This document shows, piece by piece, positions 50,520 through 60,276 of a stretch of DNA of 64,000 nt. Origin of the DNA: Gammaproteobacteria bacterium (GTDB lineage Bacteria > Pseudomonadota > Gammaproteobacteria > GCA-001735895). Position 1 is the stretch's first letter; the number at the start of each line of letters is the position of its first letter. The stretch is taken from positions 3,519-67,518 of the forward strand of contig JBNKDE010000013.1 of assembly GCA_050288105.1 (NCBI GenBank). Reading direction: 5' to 3'. The notes beneath the pieces were generated by a model. That model was not told where the DNA came from. It saw only the letters and a program-made list of their open reading frames with translations, and ran no database searches. A program made the position numbers and the translations under genes.

Positions 50520-51569
50520 TCAGGCTATGGTTATGCTGTCATCCAGATAAACGTCCTGAATGGCATTTAATAATTTTATACCTTCTTCCATCGGCTTCTG
50601 GAATGCCTTGCGTCCAGAAATCAGACCCATGCCTCCGGCGCGTTTATTGATCACGGCTGTACGAACCGCCTGATGCAAATCATCTTCACCTGAACCGCCT
50701 CCTGAATTGATCAGGCCGGCGCGCCCCATGTAACAGTTGGCGACCTGGTAACGGGTCAGGTCGATGGGGTGGTCTGTGGTCAGTTCGCTATACACCTTTG
50801 CATGTGTCTTGCCAAATTTGATCGCATTATAGCCGCCATTATTCTCGGCCTGTTTCTGTTTGATGATATCCGCATCGATGGTGGCAGCCAGATGATTGGC
50901 CTGCCCCGTCAGGTCGGCAGACACATGGTAATCCACGCCGTCGTTTTTAAAATCACTGTTACGCAGGTAGGCCCACAGGATGGTCACCATGCCCAGCTCG
51001 TGGGCGCGTTCGAAGGCTTCGGAAATTTCAATAATCTGACGCCTGCATTCCGGCGAACCGTAGTAGATGGTCGCCCCCACCGCTGCTGCGCCCATATCGA
51101 AAGCCTGCTCGACGCTGGCAAACAGGGTCTGGTCATAAAAATTGGGATAACTCAGAATCTCGTTATGGTTGATTTTGACGATAAAGGGAATCTTGTGAGC
51201 ATAGTCGCGGGCTACTGAACTGAGCACACCGAGCGTGGAAGCAACCGCATTACAACCACCGTTAATCGCTAGCTCGACGATATGCGCAGGGTCAAAATAG
51301 GCTGGGTTAGGGGCAAACGAGGCGCCTGCCGAATGTTCCACACCCTGGTCTACCGGCAACAATGACAGATATCCCGTACCTGCCAGGCGGCCCGTGTTGT
51401 ACATTGCGTTCAGGTTGCGTAGAACAGAAGGCTTGCGGTTCTTGCTGGCAACGACGCGTTCGATGTAGTCGGGGCCAGGCGCATGGATCGTGTTTTTAGG
51501 AATGCCGCTGCAGACATGGCTCAATAATGCTTCGGCTTCATCACCTAAGATCGTTTGACTATGACTCAT
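50520..51569 (-). CDS. fbaB: Class I fructose-bisphosphate aldolase (FbaB/DhnA type)
   Basis: [45 protein letters not shown]; start at ATG 51569. Confidence 0.95.
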   Translation of the reverse strand: MSHSQTILGDEAEALLSHVCSGIPKNTIHAPGPDYIERVVASKNRKPSVLRNLNAMYNTGRLAGTGYLSLLPVDQGVEHSAGASFAPNPAYFDPAHIVELAINGGCNAVASTLGVLSSVARDYAHKIPFIVKINHNEILSYPNFYDQTLFASVEQAFDMGAAAVGATIYYGSPECRRQIIEISEAFERAHELGMVTILWAYLRNSDFKNDGVDYHVSADLTGQANHLAATIDADIIKQKQAENNGGYNAIKFGKTHAKVYSELTTDHPIDLTRYQVANCYMGRAGLINSGGGSGEDDLHQAVRTAVINKRAGGMGLISGRKAFQKPMEEGIKLLNAIQDVYLDDSITIA

Positions 51570-51854
51570 TATTCTCTCCCATTGAGTGGCTAAGAAGGTA
51601 TTTATAACATGGAACAAACGCTCTCTGCACTGATTAAGCGGTTGTTCGCCTGTATTTGGATGGAGTTTGTGGAATGAGTATGATAGCTTTCAGAGAGCTT
51701 CAGATTAGTTCGTTCAAGGCTGTCATTACGAGAGCGCAAAGTGGCAATCTTTCTATTTAAGATCAATAAGGTATAGATTGTCTGGGCGCCAGCCCCCTGC
51801 AGTGGCGAATCATTCAGAGGTTTCCGAGCAACTAGAACAAAAGGAGTGTCTGTT

Positions 51855-52655
51855 ATGCCTGTAAATCCAGCAAAACCACGCGTAGCCTTAATTGTACATG
51901 GAGTACAGACCGGAGCTGATAAAGATCAAAAACAGCACCAGGTCATCAATCAGCTGATCAAGAATCGTCTGGGCAATATCCCGCTCAATTACAAAACCGA
52001 CATTTACCGATACGAAGATATCAATGACAAAACCATTGCACCAGCCAAAAAACTGGTGAAGATGATCGCCCGAACCCCGATTGCGGGGAAGCTGGCTGAA
52101 AGCACGATGGATCTGGTCGGTGACGTGGTATTAAATCTGGCAGACAACTCGACCGCGGCCAGGGTCAGGGCCGGGTTAAAGAAAAAAATTCTGGCCTATT
52201 ATAATTCTGGCAATCCCTGTTATCTGGTGGCGCATAGCCTGGGGTCGATCTACGCGCTTGATGTGATTAATGAGTTAATCAATGAAACTGATCTGTTTGA
52301 TAGAGAGCACCGTAGCAACTGGCCGATACAGGGTCTGCTAACGATTGGTTCACCGATTGGATTGGCCATGTTCCGTAAAGACCGGGCACGCCTTTCAAAA
52401 ATGGGGCCAGGGACCAAGATGTTGCGCTGGAAAAATTGCTGGGACCGCAATGACCCCGTTGTATCGGGTAATATATTTGGCAAAACGATTAACGGTTTTG
52501 AGATTGCAGAAAAGTATCAGAGTAACGATGAAGAGTTGGGCTGGTTTATCAAGGATGTACCGGTGAATACCGGAAAGCTCTGGCTGGCTTCTCACATAGC
52601 CTACTGGGAGCTGCCTGAGGTAGGTGATATTCTGGTTGATATGATGGCAAATTAG
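51855..52655 (+). CDS. Alpha/beta-hydrolase (lipase-like)
   Basis: VHGV oxyanion motif, AHSLG nucleophile, TIGSP, D.NDPV, SH..YW. Confidence 0.8.
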   Translation: MPVNPAKPRVALIVHGVQTGADKDQKQHQVINQLIKNRLGNIPLNYKTDIYRYEDINDKTIAPAKKLVKMIARTPIAGKLAESTMDLVGDVVLNLADNSTAARVRAGLKKKILAYYNSGNPCYLVAHSLGSIYALDVINELINETDLFDREHRSNWPIQGLLTIGSPIGLAMFRKDRARLSKMGPGTKMLRWKNCWDRNDPVVSGNIFGKTINGFEIAEKYQSNDEELGWFIKDVPVNTGKLWLASHIAYWELPEVGDILVDMMAN

Positions 52656-52659
52656 GAGC

Positions 52660-53166
52660 ATGAAAATGAAATACTATTTTTTAAAATACTTTCTTATTAT
52701 TTCATTGCTTCTAGTCCAGGGCTGTACCCATACCCTGTATCAGGGTGATCTGGTTGGCCCCAATAACCTTGACCAGCAACAGAGTTTTAGATTGTGGTGG
52801 ATAAAGACCAGTCTGTTTTCAAAAGAGAAAGGGGATGGCAGTATTCGGCTGGATACGGGTTGTGCACGCTATGGATTTACCGAATCAGATCAGGGTTTAA
52901 CCATGGAATTACCTGCCGATCAATTTCATAGTATCGACCCCCAGACTGGTGATCATTTGACCTGTGGCAGGATTACCAACCTGAAACGTATACGGGAGTT
53001 TGATCAAGGAGAGGTAATGGTGGAAACTTATTGTGCGCCGCTGAATGACGGCTTTAGTGTGGTGAAAAAAACGCTGCCCAAAATTGGCGTGACACATAAG
53101 TTTGTGATTCAGAGTAAAGAAATCGATAAGGTGGATTTTTCTCCCGAGCCCTTGCCCTGTAATTAA
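52660..53166 (+). CDS. Hypothetical lipoprotein
   Basis: LLVQG-C lipobox; 4 bp after the hydrolase stop, AGGAG RBS. Confidence 0.75.
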   Translation: MKMKYYFLKYFLIISLLLVQGCTHTLYQGDLVGPNNLDQQQSFRLWWIKTSLFSKEKGDGSIRLDTGCARYGFTESDQGLTMELPADQFHSIDPQTGDHLTCGRITNLKRIREFDQGEVMVETYCAPLNDGFSVVKKTLPKIGVTHKFVIQSKEIDKVDFSPEPLPCN

Positions 53167-53219
53167 TATTTTTATCATACTTAAGATTGTGCTGATCTAC
53201 AGACTTTAAAGAGAATATT

Positions 53220-53356
53220 CACCACCGAGGACACAGAGTTCACGGAGGTTAAAAGCTCAATTTTAAATTCAGAAGGCTTGTGCAATATTGAAACGTGAAT
53301 TCAATAAAATAAGAATAATAATCAGGTAAATGATTTTCTCAGTGAACTCTGTGGTG
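53220..53356. repeat. Family A inverted repeat pair
   Basis: caccaccgaggacacagagttcacggag ... ctcagtgaactctgtggtg. Confidence 0.78.
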
Positions 53357-53405
53357 ATAAGGTTCTAACATGCTAACAGCAAAGAAAACAAAGAAATAAA
53401 CTGGT

Positions 53406-53813
53406 ATGGAAGTAAAAATTGAAATAAATGCCCAAATTGAAGAGACCGAAGTGATAGCGTTGTATAAAGCTAATCACTGGTCTGCTGCAGAAAAACCGGA
53501 CAAATTAATTCCTGCATTACGCAACTCACATACGCTGGTTACAGCAAGAATCGGTAACGATCTGGTGGGCATTGGTAATGCGATCTCAGATGGTTATCTC
53601 GTTGTTTACTATCCTCATATGCTGGTACATCCAGACTATCAGGGAAAAGGTATAGGGCGGAAAATGATGCAAGCGATGCAATCAATCTATGGCTCGTTTC
53701 ATCAACAAATGCTGACAGCTGATGGTGCAGCTATAGAGTTCTATAAGGCGCTGGGTTTTGAGCGGGCAGGTAATACCGAGCCAATGTGGGTATATGCCGG
53801 GTCAGAGCATTAA
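53406..53813 (+). CDS. GNAT family N-acetyltransferase
   Basis: V.PDYQGKGIGR, FY..LGF. Confidence 0.9.
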   Translation: MEVKIEINAQIEETEVIALYKANHWSAAEKPDKLIPALRNSHTLVTARIGNDLVGIGNAISDGYLVVYYPHMLVHPDYQGKGIGRKMMQAMQSIYGSFHQQMLTADGAAIEFYKALGFERAGNTEPMWVYAGSEH

Positions 53814-53895
53814 AGCAATTCTTGTTTGATTGAAAGAAATTGGTGAACTTAAAATTATTATAAATCGGGTTTGTATCAATCAGGAGAACAGGCAG

Positions 53896-54267
53896 ATGCC
53901 TGATAAATACTTTTCATCAGTCAGATGGCTATTATTGATGGTCGTGCTGGTAAGTTTAAGACTGCATGCCGATGAATCCATTGATGCTCGGATCTCATGG
54001 AAAGCGCCCGCTGAATATACCAATGGCGAAACATTAAAATATGCACAGATCGAATTAAAGGAATACCGTCTTTATTACGGGCCTTCCAGAGAGAAGGTTC
54101 GTTCGCAGTTTGTTAGCATCGTTTCCAGATAGCTTTCCTATCCCTTGCAAAAGCTGGATTTTTCCAGCATTCAGTCACCGGTTATTTATTTTGGCCTGAC
54201 CGCGGTATCAAAAACGGGTCAGGAAGGTGATTAGTCTGAGATTATATTTTTTCTGCCATGGGGCTAA
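53896..54267 (+). pseudogene. Exported fibronectin type III-like protein interrupted by two in-frame TAG codons
   Basis: Signal peptide and ISW.AP....NG..L.....Y.LYYG; after TAG 54130-54132 the frame continues YFGLTAVSKTGQEGD*SE (TAG 54232-54234) to TAA at 54267. Confidence 0.7.
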
Positions 54268-54303
54268 TTCAATACATTAAAAACAAAGGCTTTTAGACTT
54301 GCC

Positions 54304-56241
54304 TTAGCGCGTCAGTTGGCTGGGATCCATCGGTCGGTAATAGTAGAACCCCTGTACCGAGTCTACGTTGTTTTCACGTAAAAACCGGAGCTCTTCAGCG
54401 CTTTCAACGCCCTCGGCGAGAACGGTCATTCCCAGTCCTTTTGCCAGCGCAATAATCGTTTTAACGATAGTCTGGTTTTTGGGTTCATGCGTGATGTTGC
54501 GGATAAACGAGGTATCAATCTTGAGTTTGTCGATTGGTAGATGTTTTAGATACGAGAGGGAAGAGTACCCGGTTCCAAAGTCATCAATAGAGATGTGAAA
54601 ACCCCTGGACTTTAACATTTCTAGCAATAGGGTCATTTTTTCCGGGTTTTCGAGGATGGAGCTTTCGGTAATCTCTAGCTCAATGCACGAAGGTGGGCAT
54701 TGGGTTCGCTCGATGATCTGATCGAGCGTTGCAATAAAATCGGGATGTGAGAGCTGTCGTGCCGAGACATTGATAGCCATAGTCCCTTCCAGAAGGCCTG
54801 ATTCCTGCCATTGAAGGGCGGTTTGACAGCCTAGTGTTAAGACAAATTTTCCAATGTCGTGGATGAGCCCGCTTTCCTCACAGATGGGGATAAACGTTGC
54901 AGGCGGGATATATCCATGCGCTGTTTCCCAGCGTAACAGCGCTTCATAGCCGATAATTTTCTCGCTTTTAACATCCACCTGAGGCTGGTAGAAAAGTTTT
55001 AGTTCCCCTTCTTCCAGTGCCTTATTCAAATTGCTGGCTATCGTGGTTCGTTGTAGCGCATTCTGGATGAGTTCTTCACTGTAGAAGTAAAAGGTATTTT
55101 TTCCGGTTTTTTTGGCTTTATAGAGTGCAGCGTCAGCACACTGGAGCAAGTCTTCAGTGGTATTGGCATCTTTGGGGTAATGGGCGATACCGATACTGCC
55201 CGAGGTGTATATATCGATGTCGTCGATATGAAATGGATGGTTGAGTCCGTCCATAAGCCGGTTCAGAATCGCGTGCAAAGAGGCTTCTTTTTCGTCATAC
55301 GGCGTAATCATAAGAAATTCATCGCCTCCAGTACGAACGATATAGGTATCTGGAGGAAAAATGCTTTTCAATAGATGGGTAACCTTGATCAGTAGTTGAT
55401 CCCCGATATAGTGTCCGTAAGAATCATTAATTTGCTGAAACTCATCCAGATCAAGGAACAGTAAAGAGAAGGGACTTTGCTGTGCATCGGTCATTTTTTT
55501 GCCCAGGGTCTCAGTGAGGCTGAGTCTGTTTGGTAGACCGGTCAGTGGATCGTAATGTGCGAGCCGGTCAAGGCTCTCTTTCGCATCCAGTAGTGACTGT
55601 TCGTGTTTCTTAGCGGCAGTAACATCGCGAGAAATCCCGAAAAGTCCGATAGGTTTTTCATTGGCGACGCGTATAGGGCCTTTAGTTACCCAGAATATGA
55701 TGGTCTCTCCAGAAGAGGTTGTCAGCACTTCCTCGTGACTGGTGATCCTGTCGTCGGCAATAACTTTTCTGTCCATTTCACGGATCATTGCCGCATCATT
55801 GGCGGTGAAGATCAGCTCATCCGTATTGCCGATGGCATCCTCCACCTGGACGCCCGTGATGCGGGCTGCCGCCTCGTTAAAAAATACATACCTGCCTTCA
55901 GAATCTTTGACAAAAATGGCATCAGGCGAGCTATTGATAATTGTTTTAAGCAGGGTATCTTTTTCGATCAGTTGCTGTTGTGCTCTGTTCTGTTGTTCAA
56001 TGTGATGCTGGTATTCGATAAATGCCTTGTGCAAAAATTGGTAGGTGAGAAGATAAAGTAGCAGGGCAGTGACGAGAATGAAAAACCATCCCTTATAGGT
56101 TTGTAATAGCGTAAGTTGATCGTTGCCAGAGGCAATCGCATTGACAATGGAATCGGAAAGATAGATCCAGAGCGCCCCGAATATGAGATAAAGGAGAGAG
56201 ATCCAGATCGCACGTTTGATGTTTCGCGAGTTCTTCATCAC
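54304..56241 (-). CDS. Membrane-anchored PAS-GGDEF-EAL diguanylate cyclase/phosphodiesterase
   Basis: Two N-terminal TMs, PAS, D.LTGLPNR, GGDEF, EALLRW, DDFGTGYSSL. Confidence 0.95.
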   Translation of the reverse strand: MMKNSRNIKRAIWISLLYLIFGALWIYLSDSIVNAIASGNDQLTLLQTYKGWFFILVTALLLYLLTYQFLHKAFIEYQHHIEQQNRAQQQLIEKDTLLKTIINSSPDAIFVKDSEGRYVFFNEAAARITGVQVEDAIGNTDELIFTANDAAMIREMDRKVIADDRITSHEEVLTTSSGETIIFWVTKGPIRVANEKPIGLFGISRDVTAAKKHEQSLLDAKESLDRLAHYDPLTGLPNRLSLTETLGKKMTDAQQSPFSLLFLDLDEFQQINDSYGHYIGDQLLIKVTHLLKSIFPPDTYIVRTGGDEFLMITPYDEKEASLHAILNRLMDGLNHPFHIDDIDIYTSGSIGIAHYPKDANTTEDLLQCADAALYKAKKTGKNTFYFYSEELIQNALQRTTIASNLNKALEEGELKLFYQPQVDVKSEKIIGYEALLRWETAHGYIPPATFIPICEESGLIHDIGKFVLTLGCQTALQWQESGLLEGTMAINVSARQLSHPDFIATLDQIIERTQCPPSCIELEITESSILENPEKMTLLLEMLKSRGFHISIDDFGTGYSSLSYLKHLPIDKLKIDTSFIRNITHEPKNQTIVKTIIALAKGLGMTVLAEGVESAEELRFLRENNVDSVQGFYYYRPMDPSQLTR

Positions 56242-56437
56242 TATGGTAACGATTTAACATACTGTGCAAAGGATAAACTATAACATATGGGTCTTTTGAA
56301 AAAAGCCGCTAGTACTTAAGTGTGAACAACATCAATAAACCGTAACACTGGGGAATAGCGCTGACTAGCAGGTTAAAATATCTGTCTACGGACAGAGTTT
56401 GATCCTGATAAGAAACCCGCAAGGAGCTAGCAAAGTA

Positions 56438-57769
56438 ATGTTTAAAAACCGGAAAGCAATACTACTGAGTGCGCTGTTTATGCTATTGACTGGCTGTGGA
56501 GGAGGGTCGAATAGCGCTGCGACAGCGGAGCCGGCAGCACGCACCTTCCTGATGGGTTCAACACCTTTCTCGGTGAGTCACAATGGGAGTGAAACGCTAT
56601 TCGCCGACTGGAATTTTAATCATGCGGCAGACAGGGATTTACTGTCATTACATGTGGATGATTTTTATGGTGTCCCCTGGGATTACTGTGATGCTTCAGG
56701 ATGTAGTGGGCTACCGCCTTCCTGGGTGTCCAAATGGCAAAACCTGGCGAGTATTGCAGCCGCGCAAAAACAAAAAATATATCTGGCGCTCTCTCCTCTT
56801 GGTGGGCGGCGTACTCTGGCCCCAAATGTGCTGGCAGATGGTTCCACTCAGGATGGCTGGAATACTCAAATCGACAGCAATGGTTGCTATCTATTTGATA
56901 GTGATGCATCTACAATGACATGGCAGGCTGCCTACATCGGCTATTTAAAATATATCATCGACCTGATTCAGCCGGATTACCTGAGCCCGGCGGTGGAAAT
57001 GAACATTCCATTTTTAAGCTGTCCGGCACAACAATCAGCCTGGATTAACTGGTATCAACAGGTACAGGATGCGATTAAAGCGGCTTATCCGTCGCTGATT
57101 GTTTTTCCCACCTTTCAGCTCGAATTTATCTACGGCAACACAGATGAAACAGCCTGTACAGGAATGACAATATCTGACTGTTTTGACGTTCGCCTGACTC
57201 AGGCCTTAAGCATTAATGCTGATCGTATTGCATTCTCCAGTTACCCTGCAACCTGGTCATATAAACCTGAGTATAATTTCAGCTTTCCGCGCGATACCTT
57301 GAGTAAGGTTGCCGCCGTAACGAATCGGCCGATCTGGATATCCGAAACAGGCTGGCAGGCTATTCCTGTGTTAAGCAGTTACCAGCATACTGCAGGTGGT
57401 AGCTGTGGCTTTGCGATATATCCCGCTACGCTGGATATTCCCAATGTGGGTACGATAGATGTGGCGAATGAGCAGGCTCAAAGCGTATATATGGAATGGC
57501 TGCTGGAACAGGCAGATCAGCAGAATGTGGAAGCGGTGGTGTGGTGGTTAAATCAGGATTATCTGGCTGGTGAAGCCGCACAACAATGCCCCTGTTCCCC
57601 TGCCGATAGTGCAAGCTGCAAAATACTGGACGACTTTTATGCCGTTGGTGGCGATTACACTGAAATGCTGCTGCGCGCGTTTGGAAATATGGCGCTACGA
57701 CGTTACGATGACACACCTCGCCCAGCCTATACACTTTGGCGCAATTATCTGGATAAAAGCTATCGCTAA
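56438..57769 (+). CDS. Lipoprotein, putative TIM-barrel glycoside hydrolase (clan GH-A-like)
   Basis: LLTG-C lipobox; AVEMN (acid/base-like) and PIWISETGW (nucleophile-like) motifs; Cys-rich. Confidence 0.65.
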   Translation: MFKNRKAILLSALFMLLTGCGGGSNSAATAEPAARTFLMGSTPFSVSHNGSETLFADWNFNHAADRDLLSLHVDDFYGVPWDYCDASGCSGLPPSWVSKWQNLASIAAAQKQKIYLALSPLGGRRTLAPNVLADGSTQDGWNTQIDSNGCYLFDSDASTMTWQAAYIGYLKYIIDLIQPDYLSPAVEMNIPFLSCPAQQSAWINWYQQVQDAIKAAYPSLIVFPTFQLEFIYGNTDETACTGMTISDCFDVRLTQALSINADRIAFSSYPATWSYKPEYNFSFPRDTLSKVAAVTNRPIWISETGWQAIPVLSSYQHTAGGSCGFAIYPATLDIPNVGTIDVANEQAQSVYMEWLLEQADQQNVEAVVWWLNQDYLAGEAAQQCPCSPADSASCKILDDFYAVGGDYTEMLLRAFGNMALRRYDDTPRPAYTLWRNYLDKSYR

Positions 57770-57830
57770 GCCCCGTATCCTTGATCAGGCTGAGCAATGG
57801 TTTTCCTCAGCCTGTTCAACAACGTTCTGT

Positions 57831-58880
57831 TTATCGTCTGCGCGAGCGCTTGCGTGCCGGACCTTGTGAGGCAGAGCCTTCTGCTACCGATAATCGTCCC
57901 TGCAATTGAGCAACAGCGCCAGTGCTAAGCGCACCCAGTTTATCTTCGATTTGTTCGCGGGTCGGTGTTTCCCTTTTGTGGTGCTCATCGATTGCTTTAC
58001 GCATCGCAGCGACATGTTCGGGAAGGGTGCCACAGCAACCACCGATGATGCAGGCACCTGCATCAATCGCCATGCGCGCATACTCAGCCATAGTTTCGGC
58101 AGAGCCACCGTAGACAATTTCGCCATCCACATACTGCGGTACACCGCAATTGGCTTTGGCAACAATCAATGGCTGTTGCTCATTCTCATTCATGGCATTT
58201 TTGATATTGACGATGGCGGCAACAAGTTCAGCCGTTCCTACACCGCAGTTTGAGCCGATGGCGAATAAAGGGGTTTCGATTTTGTGGGTATTTTCCACGA
58301 TATCTGCCGGTGATAAACCCATCATGGTGCGGCCATTGGTGTCAATACTATAGGTAGTGACAATAGGTAAGCCCAGCCCTGTGCAGGCTTCAACGGCGGC
58401 ATTTGCCTCATCAATAGAGGACATGGTTTCAATCCAGAAAACGTCTACGCCCCCTTTTTTTAAAGCTTCAGCCTGCTCGCGAAAAGCGCTGACCGCATCT
58501 GCATGGCTAAGCGCTCCAAGAGGTGCCAGGATTTCGCCCGTGGGGCCTATCGATCCAGCGGCAACGATCTCGCGTCCAGATTTTTCGATTTCCTGCTTAA
58601 GCAGGCGCACGGCTTCAATATTGAGTTCAGCAACCCGGTTATCGGCCTGATGAAGTTTAAGGCGATAGCGGGTACCCCCAAAGGTATTGCTGAGGATAAT
58701 GTCGGAGCCTGCTTCAACGAAACTACGGTAATGCGCTGCAATACGATCAGGGTGATCACAATTCCATAGCTCTGGAGCCTCACCCGTTTGCAGTCCCATC
58801 TGAAACAGGTTGGAACCGGTTGCGCCATCGGCGAGTAGTACATGTTTGCGTTGAATCAGGGTTTGTAACAGGTTGCTCAT
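57831..58880 (-). CDS. bmt: Stand-alone homocysteine S-methyltransferase domain (Bmt / split MetH type)
   Basis: LADGATG.N, NTFG, GSIGPTG, ETMS, G.NC, GGCCGT Zn ligands; no pterin or cobalamin domains. Confidence 0.8.
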   Translation of the reverse strand: MSNLLQTLIQRKHVLLADGATGSNLFQMGLQTGEAPELWNCDHPDRIAAHYRSFVEAGSDIILSNTFGGTRYRLKLHQADNRVAELNIEAVRLLKQEIEKSGREIVAAGSIGPTGEILAPLGALSHADAVSAFREQAEALKKGGVDVFWIETMSSIDEANAAVEACTGLGLPIVTTYSIDTNGRTMMGLSPADIVENTHKIETPLFAIGSNCGVGTAELVAAIVNIKNAMNENEQQPLIVAKANCGVPQYVDGEIVYGGSAETMAEYARMAIDAGACIIGGCCGTLPEHVAAMRKAIDEHHKRETPTREQIEDKLGALSTGAVAQLQGRLSVAEGSASQGPARKRSRRR

Positions 58881-59117
58881 GATAATTGAATACATTCAGG
58901 TGAATTTAATGCTCGAAGTGTAATTCATGAATCAGGTCGTCTGCGAGCAAAAATTGTTGGCGGTCATTCAATCTGCAGGGTATAAGAAAAATCTTTGTCT
59001 ACTGGTTTGGTCGTGTCTCTATCAGGGCCCAGATAAAAACCAGTACAGATTGAAGGTTGAACCCTGGTCCCAAATGGGAAAGAATGTTCGGCGAAAAGAT
59101 TAAGGAGCACTCACTAC

Positions 59118-60155
59118 ATGAAAAAGATCAATCTGGGTAACAGCGATCTTGAGGTTTCCCACATTTGCCTGGGAACGATGACTTTCGGCGAACAGAACAC
59201 AGAAGCTGAAGCTCATCAGCAACTCGATTACGCGCTCGAACAAGGCATTAATTTTATCGACTGCGCTGAGATGTACCCGGTACCGCCCCGGGCAGAGACC
59301 TGTGGTCAGACCGAGCGCTTTATCGGTAGCTGGTTGCAGGGGCAGCAGCGTGATCAGATTATCCTGGCTACCAAAGTAACCGGTCCTGGGCGTGGCTTTG
59401 ACTGGGTGCGTGAGGGTGATCTTCAGTTTACTCGTGGTAATCTTGAGCGCGCGTTGGAGGGTTCCTTGCAGCGACTTGCTACGGATTATGTGGATCTTTA
59501 CCAGTTGCATTGGCCAGACCGGAATGTGCCGACATTCGGTCAATATCATTTTAATCCTGACGATGAGCGCGATACCGTGCCACTACGCGAAACGATGTCG
59601 GTGCTGGGCGAGTTTATTCGCGAGGGTAAGGTTCGTCACTGGGGGCTATCGAATGAAACCGCGTGGGGGTTGAGCACGGTATTACGTATAGCCGATGAAG
59701 AAGGTTTGCCGCGCCCTGTTTCCGTACAAAATGCCTACAACCTGCTCAACCGGTACTGGGAAAACAGCCTGGCTGAGATCAGTTATCGAGAACGGGTTGA
59801 TCTTCTGGCTTACTCCCCATTGGGTTTTGGTTACCTTAGCGGAAAATATCTCGATGACCCGGATGCTGAGGGTCGGGTAACGATCTATCAGGGTTTTGCA
59901 GGGCGATACAGCAAGGAAAATACCCAAAAGGCAGTGGCTGCCTATGCTGATCTTGCGCGCTCTAACGGCCTCACACCGACACAGTTGGCGCTGGCATTCT
60001 GTTACTCACACTGGTGTGTGGGTAGTACCATTATCGGTGCCACCAGTATGACCCAGTTGCAAGAGAATATCGGTGCAGCATCGATACAGCTGTCACAAGC
60101 CGTGCGGGAAGAGATCGAGCATATACATCTGAGATACACCAATCCCGCGCCTTGA
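59118..60155 (+). CDS. NADP(H)-dependent aldo-keto reductase (Tas-like)
   Basis: LGTMTFGEQN, D.AEMYPVPP, DLYQLHWP.R, GLSNET.WG, YSPL..G.LSGKY. Confidence 0.93.
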   Translation: MKKINLGNSDLEVSHICLGTMTFGEQNTEAEAHQQLDYALEQGINFIDCAEMYPVPPRAETCGQTERFIGSWLQGQQRDQIILATKVTGPGRGFDWVREGDLQFTRGNLERALEGSLQRLATDYVDLYQLHWPDRNVPTFGQYHFNPDDERDTVPLRETMSVLGEFIREGKVRHWGLSNETAWGLSTVLRIADEEGLPRPVSVQNAYNLLNRYWENSLAEISYRERVDLLAYSPLGFGYLSGKYLDDPDAEGRVTIYQGFAGRYSKENTQKAVAAYADLARSNGLTPTQLALAFCYSHWCVGSTIIGATSMTQLQENIGAASIQLSQAVREEIEHIHLRYTNPAP

Positions 60156-60276
60156 ATACGCTTTCCTGAAGACCTAGCAATATACCAGGTCATTGGGTTT
60201 AACAGGTCCAGCAATTTATGAAGTGTCTTGTCGTAATAGCACAGCCTCTGCATGACAGTTTGTGCCGAATGCAGAT

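Noticed and set aside
3929-53356. CRISPR array interpretation of the CACAGAG repeats
   Set aside because: The repeats are inverted pairs dispersed between genes, not regularly spaced direct repeats with unique spacers; no cas genes are present.
60218-60270. MKCLVVIAQPLHDSLC resembling the start of an NAD(P)H-quinone dehydrogenase
   Set aside because: Only about 16 codons before it runs antisense into moeA; too short to support.
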